A stretch of 63,888 bases of DNA, the filler included, from Phoronis australis (lineage: Eukaryota > Animalia > Phoronida), in the NCBI GenBank assembly GCA_002633005.1. It is 8 parts of 8 records of this genome, joined end to end, with 100 filler letters (N's around TTAATTAATTAA, not from the genome) between each part and the next. Parts side by side here need not be neighbours in the genome. Positions count along the whole stretch, not along the records: positions 59,247 to 61,849 come from NMRA01003565.1; positions 61,950 to 63,888 come from NMRA01003904.1; 6 more parts are not named here. One strand, 5' to 3'. Of this stretch, positions 61,766 through 63,888 are shown in pieces. Made by a program: the position numbers and the translations under genes. Under the pieces are notes generated by a model that was not told where the DNA came from, ran no database searches, and saw nothing but the letters and a program-made list of their open reading frames with translations. The stretch's first letter is position 1. Each line of letters starts with the position of its first letter.

Positions 61766-62282
61766 CATAATAACGTCATTCTGTTGCCATTGTGTTGTCT
61801 AAAAAGAGTGCATAACAGGTGAAAAAATACATTGCGAAACTCGAGCTTTNNNNNNNNNNNNNNNNNNNNNNNNNNNNNNNNNNNNNNNNNNNNTTAATTA
61901 ATTAANNNNNNNNNNNNNNNNNNNNNNNNNNNNNNNNNNNNNNNNNNNNCCCTCCTGGCTCAATCCCCGCCTACGGACCTGTAATCGTACGGTACCTGTT
62001 TGGATCGGTCAGATATCTGTGAACGAAGCATGACTTCATGTATGCCTGGTGTAATCTAGGGACAGGGTCGTGGATATACTGTTGCGCAACTGATCTGGTT
62101 CTGAGGTATCTGTGGACAACAAGGTTAACGAAGCTGACATTTATAGCTTAATTTGCGTAACGATGGTGATGAAAACATGAAAATACAAAACTTTGGTCAA
62201 GTCTTATAGCGTTGTTCTTTTGTTTGCAAAATTTATGCCAATGCGACAAAAATATAACAAACTGGACACTATCGTCTTTCGG

Positions 62283-62378
62283 GTAAAACTAAAACGACGA
62301 GCGTCGGTACTAAAATGTATTAAAATATGGGGATATTTTAACATATTTTAGTACCGACGCTCGTCGTTTTAGTTTTAC
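62283..62378. repeat. Near-perfect 96-bp palindrome / hairpin
   Basis: A 34-nt arm, GTAAAACTAAAACGACGAGCGTCGGTACTAAAAT, is the exact reverse complement of ATTTTAGTACCGACGCTCGTCGTTTTAGTTTTAC. Confidence 0.9.
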
Positions 62379-63002
62379 TATTTTATATTTTTATCCGTCA
62401 GTAACTGCAGGGCATTCCAACATCTATTTGATCATCTTTCTGAATTGAGTAGACCGTTGGCAGCACATCCATGTTTATTTATGTCGCTAGGTAACAAGAC
62501 GTTTCTTTTCATGCGCCGAACGCTTGAACATTTGATCAAAGTAAAGAAGTTCATGACTTTAAGCGAGCGAAAACACTGTACCTTGTGTTGCACTAGGTAT
62601 TTGCTGTGGTATTATCCAGTATACTGCATGCCTACACCCATATGACTATATGTGTTCACACGAGAATAAACTGTAAAGTCAGCCGTTCTTTGATTGGAAA
62701 CTTTTTATGTTAAAACTTGCGTCACTTGTGTTTACATTAATATTTTCTAGAGTGGCTCTTGTCAGTTATCCATAGTTTTCTCTAACTTTGTTGATCAATG
62801 ACCAATATTCCTTTGTGATTTTGGAAACATTATGATTGAGATGAGTTTAACATTTATATTTTGTTTAGTTTGTATTATAATTACAAATCGCTCAACAATA
62901 GCTAGTTCCCTTTGCGTCCTTAATTATGTTCTGTGCTTCACTATACCACGGTTTAGGGTAAGCTCGAACATGACTCCTAGACTCTAGACTTCGATATTGG
63001 TG

Positions 63003-63327
63003 CTGAGGTCATCAAGACGGTCATTAGACATCCAGCCACTGAGGTCATCAAGACGCCATTAGACATCCAGCCATTGAGGTCATCAAGACGGTCATTAGAC
63101 ATCCTGCCACTGAGGTCATCAAGACCGACATTAGACATCCGGCCACTGAGGTCATCAAGACCCCCATTAGACATCCGGCCACTGAGGTCATCAAGACGGC
63201 CATTAGACATCCAGCCACTGTGGNTTATCAAGACGGTCATTAGACATCCAGCCACTGAGGTCATCAAGACCCCTATTAGACATCCGGCCACTGAGGTCAT
63301 CAAGACCCCCATTAGACATCTAGCCAC
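63003..63327. repeat. 36-bp minisatellite, ~9 copies
   Basis: CTGAGGTCATCAAGAC(GGT/CCC)CATTAGACATCC(A/G)GCCA. Confidence 0.92.
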
Positions 63328-63888
63328 GAAACTGACCATGTTTTCAAGCACAGAATAATAGGATCACACAAATGTCTAAATCTGACTACTTTGGGAACAT
63401 CATATCTCGGTAACAGCTGATCGATAATTCACACGAAACTTTCTGATACTTTGTTGTAGTTACTGCTCTCCAAAACACAATGAGGAATTGTTTTTACAAT
63501 TCAGAGAACATATCAACTTATAAGACTTCTCTGGTGTTCACAAAAAAGTTAGATAAAGCGAAAACGAAATAATATGCCTAATTAAGAAAAATTTAACGAC
63601 GTTTTTTAGTTTTTTTCTTGATCACTTATATCACATGGAATTGAGTTATGTTATTGATTCCGATTATTGCTATCAATGTATCTTTCTTTGTTGCTAAATT
63701 ATAATAAAATACCTGACCACATGACCCAATTAATGGCAGACTGATGAAAATTCAATAAATCACATTTTAAAAGCCGACGTTTGAAAAATGTATGGTGATT
63801 TAGAATCTACGAATTTTTTAGGCATTTGACTAAACACACAAACGTCCTTTAAAAAGTCATTCATTAAATAAACACAAAGCAACGCTAA

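Noticed and set aside
62977-63358. Repetitive ORFs on both strands
   Set aside because: Products of a 36-bp (multiple-of-3) minisatellite, with no other evidence of coding.

Overview
Eukaryotic (invertebrate-like, AT-rich, intron-containing) genomic DNA. It is not one contiguous locus: seven 100-nt spacers (44 N + TTAATTAATTAA + 44 N) join eight separate contigs. Host genes seen as spliced exons are a beta-secretase-like (BACE) protease first coding exon (minus, ~2 kb), 12 phase-compatible exons of SCPx/SCP2 (plus, 24.8-34.2 kb), two exons of a Rubicon-like RUN protein (minus, 42.2-45.6 kb) and exon 1 of EXOSC4/Rrp41 (plus, 48.7 kb). The most notable element is a young Ty3/Gypsy retrotransposon (8.7-16.9 kb). 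It has a three-knuckle Gag, a U-UUA-AAC -1 frameshift site with a predicted pseudoknot, an integrase ending in a PHD finger, and an extra non-env ORF3 with a C2H2-like motif. The window also holds a decayed BEL/Pao element, two Penelope-like GIY-YIG fragments (one with an intact minimal hammerhead ribozyme), L1/Tx1 and CR1/L2 remnants, a solo LTR, TIR elements, a THAP fragment and several tandem repeats. All protein identities come from motif recognition by eye; no searches were run.
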